A stretch of DNA of 64,000 bases from Candidatus Spongiihabitans sp. Lineage in GTDB: Bacteria > Pseudomonadota > Gammaproteobacteria > Arenicellales > Poriferihabitantaceae. Under the pieces are notes generated by a model. It was not told where the DNA came from, did no database searches, and saw only the letters and a list, made by a program, of their open reading frames with translations. Of the stretch, positions 1 through 7,985 are shown piece after piece. The translations under genes and the position numbers were made by a program. Location of the stretch: assembly GCA_965261335.1 (NCBI GenBank), contig OZ253450.1, positions 2,694,650 to 2,758,649 of the forward strand, given 5' to 3'. The first letter of the stretch is position 1; each line of letters begins with the position of its first letter.

Positions 1-1
1 T

Positions 2-244
2 ATGCCGCTCAAGCAATGCGCCGACCAATCCCGTTTTTTGCTCTCACCTATGCCTGGCTTGCTGGTATCGCTGGCGGTCAAACCCGGACAAGCAGTGAAG
101 GCAGGGCAGGAACTTGCCGTGATTGAAGCGATGAAAATGGAAAATTCACTACGCGCAGAGCATGATAGCGTGGTTGCCAAAGTGTTGGTTGAAGTCGGCG
201 CAACAGTGGAAGTGGATCAGGCTGTACTCGAATTTGAGCAGTAA
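2..244 (+). CDS. 3' end of a biotin-dependent acyl-CoA carboxylase alpha subunit (biotinyl/BCCP domain), probably propionyl-CoA carboxylase; 5' partial at window edge
   Basis: ORF is open to the window start. It carries the canonical biotinylation motif in ...LAVIEAMKMENSL.... meaB, the usual methylmalonyl-pathway neighbour, follows directly. Confidence 0.8.
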   Translation: MPLKQCADQSRFLLSPMPGLLVSLAVKPGQAVKAGQELAVIEAMKMENSLRAEHDSVVAKVLVEVGATVEVDQAVLEFEQ

Positions 245-255
245 TTTACGTCATA

Positions 256-1236
256 ATGTGCGGGCGAGAGATAAACATTAAAGACTTGCGCCGTGCCAAC
301 CGCCGCACTCTGGCACGCGCCATTACCCTGTTGGAATCGACCCGCGAGGATCATCGGCAACAAGCCGAGGCGTTAATACACACCGCCATTCCGTATAGCG
401 GGAACTCGATTAGAATTGGCTTAACTGGTGTGCCGGGGGTGGGCAAATCAACCCTGATTGAAACGCTGGGCAATTATGTGATTGGCTTGGGGCATAAAAT
501 TGCCGTGCTGGCGGTCGATCCAAGCTCAACATTAAGCGGCGGTTCAATTCTGGGCGACAAAACCCGTATGCCAACGCTGGCGAATAATGAAAACGCCTTC
601 ATCCGACCGACTCCCGCTGGAGCAAACGTCGGTGGGATTGCCCGGAGAACCAGCGAGAGCATCGTCTTATGCGAAGCCGCTGGGTTTGATGTCATTATTG
701 TTGAGACTGTCGGGGTCGGGCAAGCGGAAACACGGGTCAGCGAAATGACCGATATATTTGTCTTGATGTTGCTGCCCGCTGGAGGTGATGAACTACAAGG
801 CATTAAACGCGGCATCATGGAATTAGCCGAGCTGGTGATTATCAACAAAGCCGATGGCGAACTACAACCAAAAGCAACTTTGGCGGCGGCAGATATTGGT
901 CAAGCACTCGGCTTGATTAAACCACGACACTCGGATTGGCAGGTGCCGATTATTACCTGCTCGGCACTGGAAAATAAAAACATCGAAAAAATCTGGGCAT
1001 CCATTAACGATTTTCGCACCATGTTAAGCCACGACAACAAACTCGCCCGACACCGCCAACAACAGGCGAAACATAATCTATGGAGCGAAACGCAAAATCT
1101 CCTGCTCACCTCACTCAAGAACAACCATGCGGTGCGTGCGTCATTAGCCGACCTACAACAAAGCGTTACCAACGGGGAAATCCCGCCCACCATCGCCGCT
1201 AGACAATTGGTTGCGAAGTTTTTGGGTGGTAAGTAA
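256..1236 (+). CDS. meaB: Methylmalonyl-CoA mutase-associated G-protein chaperone MeaB/ArgK
   Basis: 326 aa. P-loop GLTGVPGVGKSTLIE, DVIIVETVGVGQ switch region and NKAD guanine-specificity motif. Typical MeaB length and context. Confidence 0.85.
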   Translation: MCGREINIKDLRRANRRTLARAITLLESTREDHRQQAEALIHTAIPYSGNSIRIGLTGVPGVGKSTLIETLGNYVIGLGHKIAVLAVDPSSTLSGGSILGDKTRMPTLANNENAFIRPTPAGANVGGIARRTSESIVLCEAAGFDVIIVETVGVGQAETRVSEMTDIFVLMLLPAGGDELQGIKRGIMELAELVIINKADGELQPKATLAAADIGQALGLIKPRHSDWQVPIITCSALENKNIEKIWASINDFRTMLSHDNKLARHRQQQAKHNLWSETQNLLLTSLKNNHAVRASLADLQQSVTNGEIPPTIAARQLVAKFLGGK

Positions 1237-1317
1237 TGTCACATAACAAGACTTCGCGGTTGTTTTGCTACGGTTTTCCGGGTTCTTTTACAGGCTCTTT
1301 TACAGGCTCATGGTACA

Positions 1318-2181
1318 ATGCTAGATTGGCTGAAACGAATATATAAAATGGCAATTACAACAGATATTTACCTCGGCGATAGCAAAGAGAAATTAAAACT
1401 TATTCCAAATGATTCTGTTGATCTCATTGTTACATCGCCTCCCTATGCAGACCAACGCAAAAGCACATACGGCGGCATTCATCCGGATAAATATGTCGAT
1501 TGGTTCATGCCCATATCAGAGCAACTTTTGCGTGTTCTTAAACCGACTGGAACATTTGTCTTAAATATCAAGGAAAAAGTCGTGCATGGAGAGCGCAGTG
1601 TGTATGTGATAGATGTTATTTTAGAAATGCGTAAGCAAGGGTGGTTGTGGACCGAAGAGCTGATATGGCACAAAAAAAATTGCTATCCGGGTAAATGGCC
1701 TAATCGTTTTCGCGATGCGTGGGAGCGGTTACTTCAATTTAATAAAGATAGGAAGTTTAATATGTATCAGGAGGAAGTGATGGTTCCAATGGGAGATTGG
1801 GCAAATTCAAGATTAAAAAACCTTTCCGAAACAGATAAAACTCGTGATATTTCAAAAGTAGGTAGTGGTTTCGGCAAAAATATTTCAAATTGGCTTGAGC
1901 GAGACAAAGCGTATCCAACCAATGTGTTGCATTTAGCGACCGAATGCAACAACAAGCATCATAGTGCAACATTCCCGGCAGATTTGCCGCGCTGGTTTAT
2001 CAAGTTGTTCACGCAAGAAAATGATTTGGTGCTTGATCCTTTTATGGGTTCGGGGACAACATTAATTGTTGCTAATCAAATGAAACGAAATTCGATAGGT
2101 ATTGACATTGTTCCCGAATATTGTGAAATGGTAAAGAACCGACTAAATCCAATCGAAATGCATCAATGCGACCAAAGATAA
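1318..2181 (+). CDS. Beta-class DNA methyltransferase (N4-cytosine or N6-adenine), modification half of a type II R-M pair
   Basis: Catalytic motif IV DLIVTSPPYADQ lies upstream of SAM motif I LDPFMGSGTT, the beta-class permutation. An alternative start is at 1348 (MAITTDIY). Confidence 0.85.
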   Translation: MLDWLKRIYKMAITTDIYLGDSKEKLKLIPNDSVDLIVTSPPYADQRKSTYGGIHPDKYVDWFMPISEQLLRVLKPTGTFVLNIKEKVVHGERSVYVIDVILEMRKQGWLWTEELIWHKKNCYPGKWPNRFRDAWERLLQFNKDRKFNMYQEEVMVPMGDWANSRLKNLSETDKTRDISKVGSGFGKNISNWLERDKAYPTNVLHLATECNNKHHSATFPADLPRWFIKLFTQENDLVLDPFMGSGTTLIVANQMKRNSIGIDIVPEYCEMVKNRLNPIEMHQCDQR

Positions 2182-2184
2182 AAC

Positions 2185-2934
2185 ATGAATCCATTAAATA
2201 TTAGCGATGTGTCGGCTTATGTTGAAAATAACATCAGTGTTTTTCATCGAAAACGCATACGGAGTCTTGATACATTAAAACTGTCAAAGGTACTTAATCG
2301 GAAAAACCCATATTTGTTCAAAGCAAAATATGTTTTAACCACTGAGCAAATCATAAAAGGGTTAGTGAATGCACATATATCCTCAAATGAAGAAACTATT
2401 TTTGGAGATTGGCTGGAAGGGCTGGCTATTTTTGTCAACGATAAAGTTTATAGTGGTCGTAAATCGGGCATCACCGGCATTGACCTTGAGTTTGACGCTA
2501 GCAAAAAACGATACCTTGTTGCAATTAAATCTGGTCCGAATTGGGGCAATAGCTCGCAAATAATCAAAATGAAAAATGATTTCATCACGGCAAAGAAAGC
2601 ATTAAGAACCAGTAACTCACAGCTCAATATCGTTGCTGTCAATGGCTGTTGCTACGGCAAAGACAATAATCCAGACAAGGGCGGATATTTCAAATACTGC
2701 GGTCAGCAATTTTGGTGTTTTATTTCAGGTGACAACCAGTTATTCGCAAAAATTATTGAACCGATTGGTTATCAAGCCAAAGAAAGAAACGATGATTTTT
2801 TAACCGTGTATTCACAGATGATCAATAAATTTTCTAAAGAGTTTGCCGAGATGTTTTGTAATACTAATGGCGAGATTGATTGGGATGGGCTTGTTCGTTT
2901 CAATTCTGCGGCAGAAAAAACAAAACAGACTTGA
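2185..2934 (+). CDS. Putative type II restriction endonuclease partnered with the upstream methyltransferase (family not resolvable by eye)
   Basis: 249-aa ORF starts 3 nt after the MTase stop on the same strand and is similarly AT-rich. No other recognisable domain. Size is typical of small type II REases. The call rests mainly on context. Confidence 0.5.
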   Translation: MNPLNISDVSAYVENNISVFHRKRIRSLDTLKLSKVLNRKNPYLFKAKYVLTTEQIIKGLVNAHISSNEETIFGDWLEGLAIFVNDKVYSGRKSGITGIDLEFDASKKRYLVAIKSGPNWGNSSQIIKMKNDFITAKKALRTSNSQLNIVAVNGCCYGKDNNPDKGGYFKYCGQQFWCFISGDNQLFAKIIEPIGYQAKERNDDFLTVYSQMINKFSKEFAEMFCNTNGEIDWDGLVRFNSAAEKTKQT

Positions 2935-2948
2935 ACAATTACCCGATT

Positions 2949-3074
2949 AAGCCCTTTGCACGAGCCGGAGTTTTGTTTTCTAGAACAGGAAAAAGTGCGC
3001 GGAATGAGGGAACTTATACTTTGAATGACACGCTTTTGACACCACTAGAACAAAAGAACTATCGTGCGAAGCTC
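2949..3074. mobile_element. MITE1 copy A (about 126 bp, slightly degenerate termini)
   Basis: AAGCCCTTTGCACGAGCC...CTATCGTGCGAAGCTC inverted termini. The interior aligns by eye with copies at 13430, 3613 (inverted) and 59349 (inverted). Confidence 0.8.
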
Positions 3075-3113
3075 TTACCTTAAAACCTGTTCAAAAAAAC
3101 GAGTTAATTTCAA

Positions 3114-4795
3114 ATGAGAATAAAAACATTTTTGATAGCAAAAAAAATAGAAATTCTATTTTTCCTAATACTAATATTAGGAACTTTTTTGAGGTTTTAT
3201 GGGTTAAATATTCAATCTTTATGGTTAGACGAATTTGCTTCTACGAGAGTAGCTGGTAATAGTTTGCAACAGTTATTAACCCATAATTTTGACCCGTTTC
3301 ACCCACCTGCTTACGTTATTTTGTTGCATTTTACTATGCAGTTAATAGGAGATTCAGAAATTGCTCTTAGGCTACCTTCTGCGATAGTGGGTAGCTTATG
3401 TATTGTGGCAATATTTTTGCTTGGTAAGAAATTATACTCCGAAAAAGAAGCCCTTATTGCATCTGGTATTATGGCTTTTTCTTTTTACCCTATTTATTAC
3501 GCTCAAGAAGCCCGTTCTTATAGCCTATTACTTCTTTTTTCTATCATTAGCATTTATTTTTTATTAGATATATTTTGGTTATTCCGAGGAAAAACCAAAA
3601 ACAAATCAAAGAGAGACCTTTGCACGATGGTTCTTTTGTCCTCTAGCGGTCTCAATCGCCCATGTATAAGTACCCCCCCCCCCGCAACGCTGGACTTCCT
3701 GAGTTAGTAAACAAAATCCCGGCTCGTACAAAGGTCTCAAAGAGTATTTGTTTTTCATTCTTAGGATATATGGTGTCTGCAATTATGCTTGCTTATATTT
3801 CTTATATGGGAGTCTATTTTATTGTGTTACAGGGATTATTCTTGGGTTTATGTTTTATTAAAAAACCAAGAATTTTGTCTTGTATTCTTTTTATGTACTT
3901 AATTATTTTGCTGGGATACTCACCTTGGATAGGCTTTTATTTTGACGCTTTAATAAAACAAGGTCCAACTTGGATACCAACTCCCCATTATGCAATAATT
4001 CTGCAACACTATTATTCTTACCATATGCAGGTGTTTTTCCGATTTTTCCATTTTTTCCAGATGCAAGCAATTTTTTTGTTAATAATGGCGACCATGTTAT
4101 TTTGTGTTTTGTATTATAAATATTTTTTAAGTGCCAAGTATTATTTGGCGAATTCAAGTGGTGCGTTTATTATTCGAATCCAAGAATTCATAAAATCAAG
4201 TAATTTTCTCGATATTTCTTTTGCTACAAAATTTTTGATTTTATGGGCTGTTATACCTTATGCAGTAGTTTATTTTAAATCTATTGTTAGCCAGCCCATT
4301 TTAATAACGAGAGCAATGATCTTTATAATTTCAGCTATCTATCTTTTAGAGGCACGAGCTATAAGTAAAATAAAATTCAATAAGATAGAAAAACGGCTCA
4401 TTGTCTTTATAGTGTCTATCTTTTTATCTTTTCAGACGTATAACTATTACACCGCACCCAATAAAGAACAATATAGAGAAGCCGCATTTTATGTTGCAAA
4501 AGAAGACCAAGAATTAAATTCTATATTAACTTGCGGAGATAGTGCGTTTGGTTTGAATTATTACCTTAAAAAGTTTGATGTAGATAAAAAATGTTACAAA
4601 ATTCACCGAAAAAGCATCAACCAATTACAAGAAAAAATTCAAACAAACAATCCACAGTATCTTTGGCTTTTAAGTGCCCACAAACAACTATCGTCAGAAT
4701 TTTTAAATTCTTTGCAAAAAAAATTACACTTGAAATTTATTCGCCATAAAAAATTTATAGGGGCAGATGTCTATCTATACGAAAATTTAAATTGA
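3114..4795 (+). pseudogene. ArnT/PMT-like (GT39/GT83-type) membrane glycosyltransferase, split by a MITE1 insertion
   Basis: The N-terminus has the family hallmarks SLWLDEF, HPPAY and LRLPSAIVGS, plus many TM segments. ORFs 3114-3707 and 3662-4795 lie in different frames. Removing 131 bp (MITE plus duplication) fuses them as ...KNKSK|SICFSF.... Confidence 0.8.
3613..3738. mobile_element. MITE1 copy B, inserted inside the glycosyltransferase gene
   Basis: Perfect termini GAGACCTTTGCACGA / TCGTACAAAGGTCTC. Flanked by direct repeat AAAGA (3608-3612 and 3739-3743). Contains a C11 run at 3673-3683. Confidence 0.9.
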
Positions 4796-4824
4796 GACCT
4801 TTGCATCTATGGGTTGAATTCACC
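4794..4824. repeat. IS-end scar: IS5-type terminus (GAGACCTTTGCAT) fused to an IS30-type terminus (CTATGGGTTGAATTCACC)
   Basis: The first 13 nt match the termini of the IS5-group element (26585, 37881, 29057). The next 18 nt match the IS30 right end seen at 30210-30227 and 39098-39115. Confidence 0.6.
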
Positions 4825-4833
4825 GTATGTAAA

Positions 4834-5559
4834 ATGAAAGAGCTAAATTATATCCGAGTCGTGCTGATTGAGCCTACCCATCCAGGAAATATAGGTGCTA
4901 CTGCCAGAGCGATGGCAAATATGGGAGTCGAGCAGCTGATACTAATCAAACCCAAAGTGTTCCCCAGTCCAATCGCGAATGCAAGGGCGGCGGGTGCTGA
5001 GCATATTCTGGAGAATGCACAGGTTTTTGATGATCTGGATCAAGCAATAGCCGATTGTACTTTAGTGTTGGGAACCACCTCAAGACACCGTGCTTTGGAG
5101 TGGCAGCCACTTGACCCGAAAACCGCAATGGAAAAAGCTGCCCGACATGTGACCGATTCCCAAGTCGGGATTCTATTTGGTCGAGAAAGTAGCGGTTTAA
5201 CCAATGACGAATTGGATCGCTGCCATCATTTGGTGCGTATTCCTGTGGACGATGAATTTGCTTCTCTGAATCTAGGTGCGGCAGTGATGATTATGCTTTA
5301 TGAGCTAAGACGCAGTGTGTGCGACCGGGCAGATATTGAGTCATCTGCCGTGAACGAACGGTTGGCGAGCGTAGCAGAGATGCAATATTTTTACACCCAT
5401 CTCCAACATGTTCTGGAAGTAGTTGCGTTCAGCGATGGTCGGTCAACAAAACTACAACGAAAACTAATTCGCTTGTTCAATCGAGCGCGTCCTTATGAGC
5501 AGGAGATAAAAATGTTGCGCGGGATTTTGACTGCTATTGAGAGCAGTTGTAAACCATGA
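4834..5559 (+). CDS. trmJ: tRNA (cytidine/uridine-2'-O)-methyltransferase TrmJ (SpoU/TrmH family)
   Basis: N-terminus IRVVLIEPTHPGNIGATARAMANMG, then FGRESSGLTNDEL and SLNLGAAVMIMLYE. The ATG at 4834 is preferred over the upstream TTG that lies inside the IS scar. Confidence 0.85.
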   Translation: MKELNYIRVVLIEPTHPGNIGATARAMANMGVEQLILIKPKVFPSPIANARAAGAEHILENAQVFDDLDQAIADCTLVLGTTSRHRALEWQPLDPKTAMEKAARHVTDSQVGILFGRESSGLTNDELDRCHHLVRIPVDDEFASLNLGAAVMIMLYELRRSVCDRADIESSAVNERLASVAEMQYFYTHLQHVLEVVAFSDGRSTKLQRKLIRLFNRARPYEQEIKMLRGILTAIESSCKP

Positions 5560-5599
5560 AAGCACCATGAAAACACCATGAAAACACCATGAACACACC
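5553..5599. repeat. Tandem 11-bp repeat (ACCATGAAAAC-like), about 4.2 copies, overlapping the trmJ stop codon
   Basis: accatgaaagc accatgaaaac accatgaaaac accatgaacac acc, read directly. Confidence 0.9.
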
Positions 5600-5854
5600 T
5601 AATGAATGCAAACGGAAAACGGGCAGAAGGGATAAAAACCCAAAGCCCCACCTACATCGATTTCATTCAGGTATTTGATTCGTAATGCATCGACAAAGGT
5701 ATTGAACATAACTTGACAATACAGTACCATCGCCGTTCATTGTTTGCGGTGGATCTGTTGCCTAATATTAGGCGTGGAATGAGAATATCGGGTAACAGAG
5801 GTTGCCTACCCCCGCTACCATCTATTTGTCGGCGATTTTGATCGACGTGGTATG

Positions 5855-5880
5855 ACCCCGCAATTTGCGGGGTTTTGTTT
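5855..5880 (+). terminator. Rho-independent terminator candidate
   Basis: Stem CCCCGC / GCGGGG with a 5-nt loop, followed by TTTTGTTT. Confidence 0.5.
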
Positions 5881-5995
5881 ATGGGACGATGCAATCTTGA
5901 AGGTTCAGATTGAACATTCAAGTGATGGTGCATCTTGCTTGATTGTTTATGGTCCGATGGCTCATTATTTTATGGGTTTATAATTTGAATAGGTC

Positions 5996-6460
5996 ATGCG
6001 TGGTGCAACCGAAAAATTGAAGACATTGCTTGAATCCCCAGTGGAAAATCTCGGCTATGAGTTTTTGCATTTGGAGATGGATAGGCAAGGCAAACATACC
6101 GTGTTGCGTGTTTATATTGATGCGCTGGGCGGTATTCAGGTGGATGATTGCGCCTTAGTCAGTCGGCAAATAAGTGCGTTGTTGGATATTGAAGACCCTT
6201 TAAGTGGAACGTATTTGCTTGAAGTGTCCTCGCCGGGATTGGAGCGACCTTTGATAAAGCCGGGTCATTTTAAGCGGTTTGTGGGTGATATAGCTAAAAT
6301 CGTCATGACGACCCATGTTTTAGGAAGGCGACGATTTACCGGCAAAATGGTGCTGGCAGGGGATGAGGCTGTTGTGCTGGATGTGGATGGTGAGAGTTAT
6401 GAGCTACTTTATAGCGATATGGAATCGGCTCAATTGCAACCGTATTTTTCTAAGTGTTAA
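5996..6460 (+). CDS. rimP: Ribosome maturation factor RimP
   Basis: 154 aa with ...LEVSSPGLERPL.... First gene of the conserved rimP-nusA-infB operon. Confidence 0.9.
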   Translation: MRGATEKLKTLLESPVENLGYEFLHLEMDRQGKHTVLRVYIDALGGIQVDDCALVSRQISALLDIEDPLSGTYLLEVSSPGLERPLIKPGHFKRFVGDIAKIVMTTHVLGRRRFTGKMVLAGDEAVVLDVDGESYELLYSDMESAQLQPYFSKC

Positions 6461-6466
6461 CAAATT

Positions 6467-7948
6467 ATGGCGATTACAAATAAAGAGATTTTGTTGGCGG
6501 CGGACTCTTATTCTAAAGAGAAAGACCTCGATAAAGAAATTATTTTTACGATTATTGAAGCGGCCTTGGCTACGGCGACTAAGAAGTGGCATCGTGATGA
6601 TATTGATGCACGAGTGAGTATCACACGGGATACCGGGCATTATGATTCTTATCGGGTTTGGGAGGTGATTGCTGACGATGTCGAGGCGGAGTTTCCGGAT
6701 CGACAAATTCAATTAACCGAAGCACGAGAAAGCGACCCAGAGATTAATATCGGGGATATAATAGAGGAAGTGGTGGAGCGAGTACAGTTTGGGAGAATCG
6801 CGGCTCAAGCAGCCAAACAGGTGATCAATCAAAAAGTACGGGAGGCAAAAAGAAGTCAAGTTGCGGAGCGTTATAAGGACAAATTTGGAACCTTGATATC
6901 GGGAACCATAAAACGCCTTGAACATGGTAATGCGATTGTAGATTTGGGCGATACTGAAGCATCGTTGCCGAAAAGCGAGATGATTCCCCGAGAAGGACTA
7001 CGACCGAATGACCGCATCCGCGTCTTGTTAAAGGAAATAGACATAGAAACACGTGGTCCGCAGTTGATTCTGACTCGGTTGTCGCCACAGTTTTTGATTG
7101 AGTTATTTAAGCTCGAAGTACCCGAAGCAGGCGAGGGGCTAGTTGAGATTTTGGGAGCAGCACGCGATCCTGGTTCGCGCGCAAAAATATCAGTTAGAAG
7201 CAATAATACGAATATTGATCCAGTGGGTGCCTGTGTCGGCATTCGTGGTTCGCGGGTGCAGAGTGTGTCTAATGAAATCGCTGGCGAACGGGTTGATATT
7301 ATAATTTGGTCAGAAGATATTGCCGAGTTTGTTATTCAGGCATTAGCTCCAGCGGAGGTCGAATCAATTTTTATCGATGAGGATGCCAAAGCAATGGATG
7401 TGGTGGTCACTGAGGAGAATTTATCTCGCGCTATTGGACGTGGCGGGCAAAATGTACGGCTGGCATCTGAATTGACCGGCTGGGAGCTTAATCTGATGAC
7501 TGATAAGGATGCGTTGGAAAAACAAAATACCGAACATCAGGAGTTAGTGCAAAAGTTTATGGGACAACTGGATATCGATGAAAATATTGCTAAGATTCTG
7601 GTGCAGGAAGGATTTAGCTCGCTGGAAGAAGTCGCTTATGTGCCACAACAGGAATTGATGGATATTGAAGAGTTTGACGAAACATTGATCAATGAGTTGA
7701 GAAACCGTGCTCAGGATAATTTGCTTACCCATGCCATTGCCAGCCAAGAGCAAAAAGAACCTAGTGAGGATTTACTAGGCATGGCGGGTATGGACGAAGA
7801 AACTGCTCGGGTATTAGCACTGAGTGCGGTACGCACGATGGAAGATCTGGCGAATTGTTCTTGGGATGAGGTGCTGGAAATTATTGATATGGAGGAACAG
7901 CGTGCGAAGGATTTGATAATGACCGCACGTGCCCCGTGGTTTGATTAA
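6467..7948 (+). CDS. nusA: Transcription termination/antitermination factor NusA
   Basis: 493 aa. S1/KH region (GRIAAQAAKQVI, PVGACVGIRGSRVQ, IGRGGQNVRLAS) plus C-terminal acidic repeats. Confidence 0.95.
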   Translation: MAITNKEILLAADSYSKEKDLDKEIIFTIIEAALATATKKWHRDDIDARVSITRDTGHYDSYRVWEVIADDVEAEFPDRQIQLTEARESDPEINIGDIIEEVVERVQFGRIAAQAAKQVINQKVREAKRSQVAERYKDKFGTLISGTIKRLEHGNAIVDLGDTEASLPKSEMIPREGLRPNDRIRVLLKEIDIETRGPQLILTRLSPQFLIELFKLEVPEAGEGLVEILGAARDPGSRAKISVRSNNTNIDPVGACVGIRGSRVQSVSNEIAGERVDIIIWSEDIAEFVIQALAPAEVESIFIDEDAKAMDVVVTEENLSRAIGRGGQNVRLASELTGWELNLMTDKDALEKQNTEHQELVQKFMGQLDIDENIAKILVQEGFSSLEEVAYVPQQELMDIEEFDETLINELRNRAQDNLLTHAIASQEQKEPSEDLLGMAGMDEETARVLALSAVRTMEDLANCSWDEVLEIIDMEEQRAKDLIMTARAPWFD

Positions 7949-7985
7949 CAAAAACTCCATTTAATATCAACGGTTAATAGTTAAT

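Noticed and set aside
5667-5933. 88-aa minus-strand ORF between trmJ and rimP
   Set aside because: It has no RBS, no motif and a basic low-complexity composition. The interval is better explained by the plus-strand promoter-like box and terminator.
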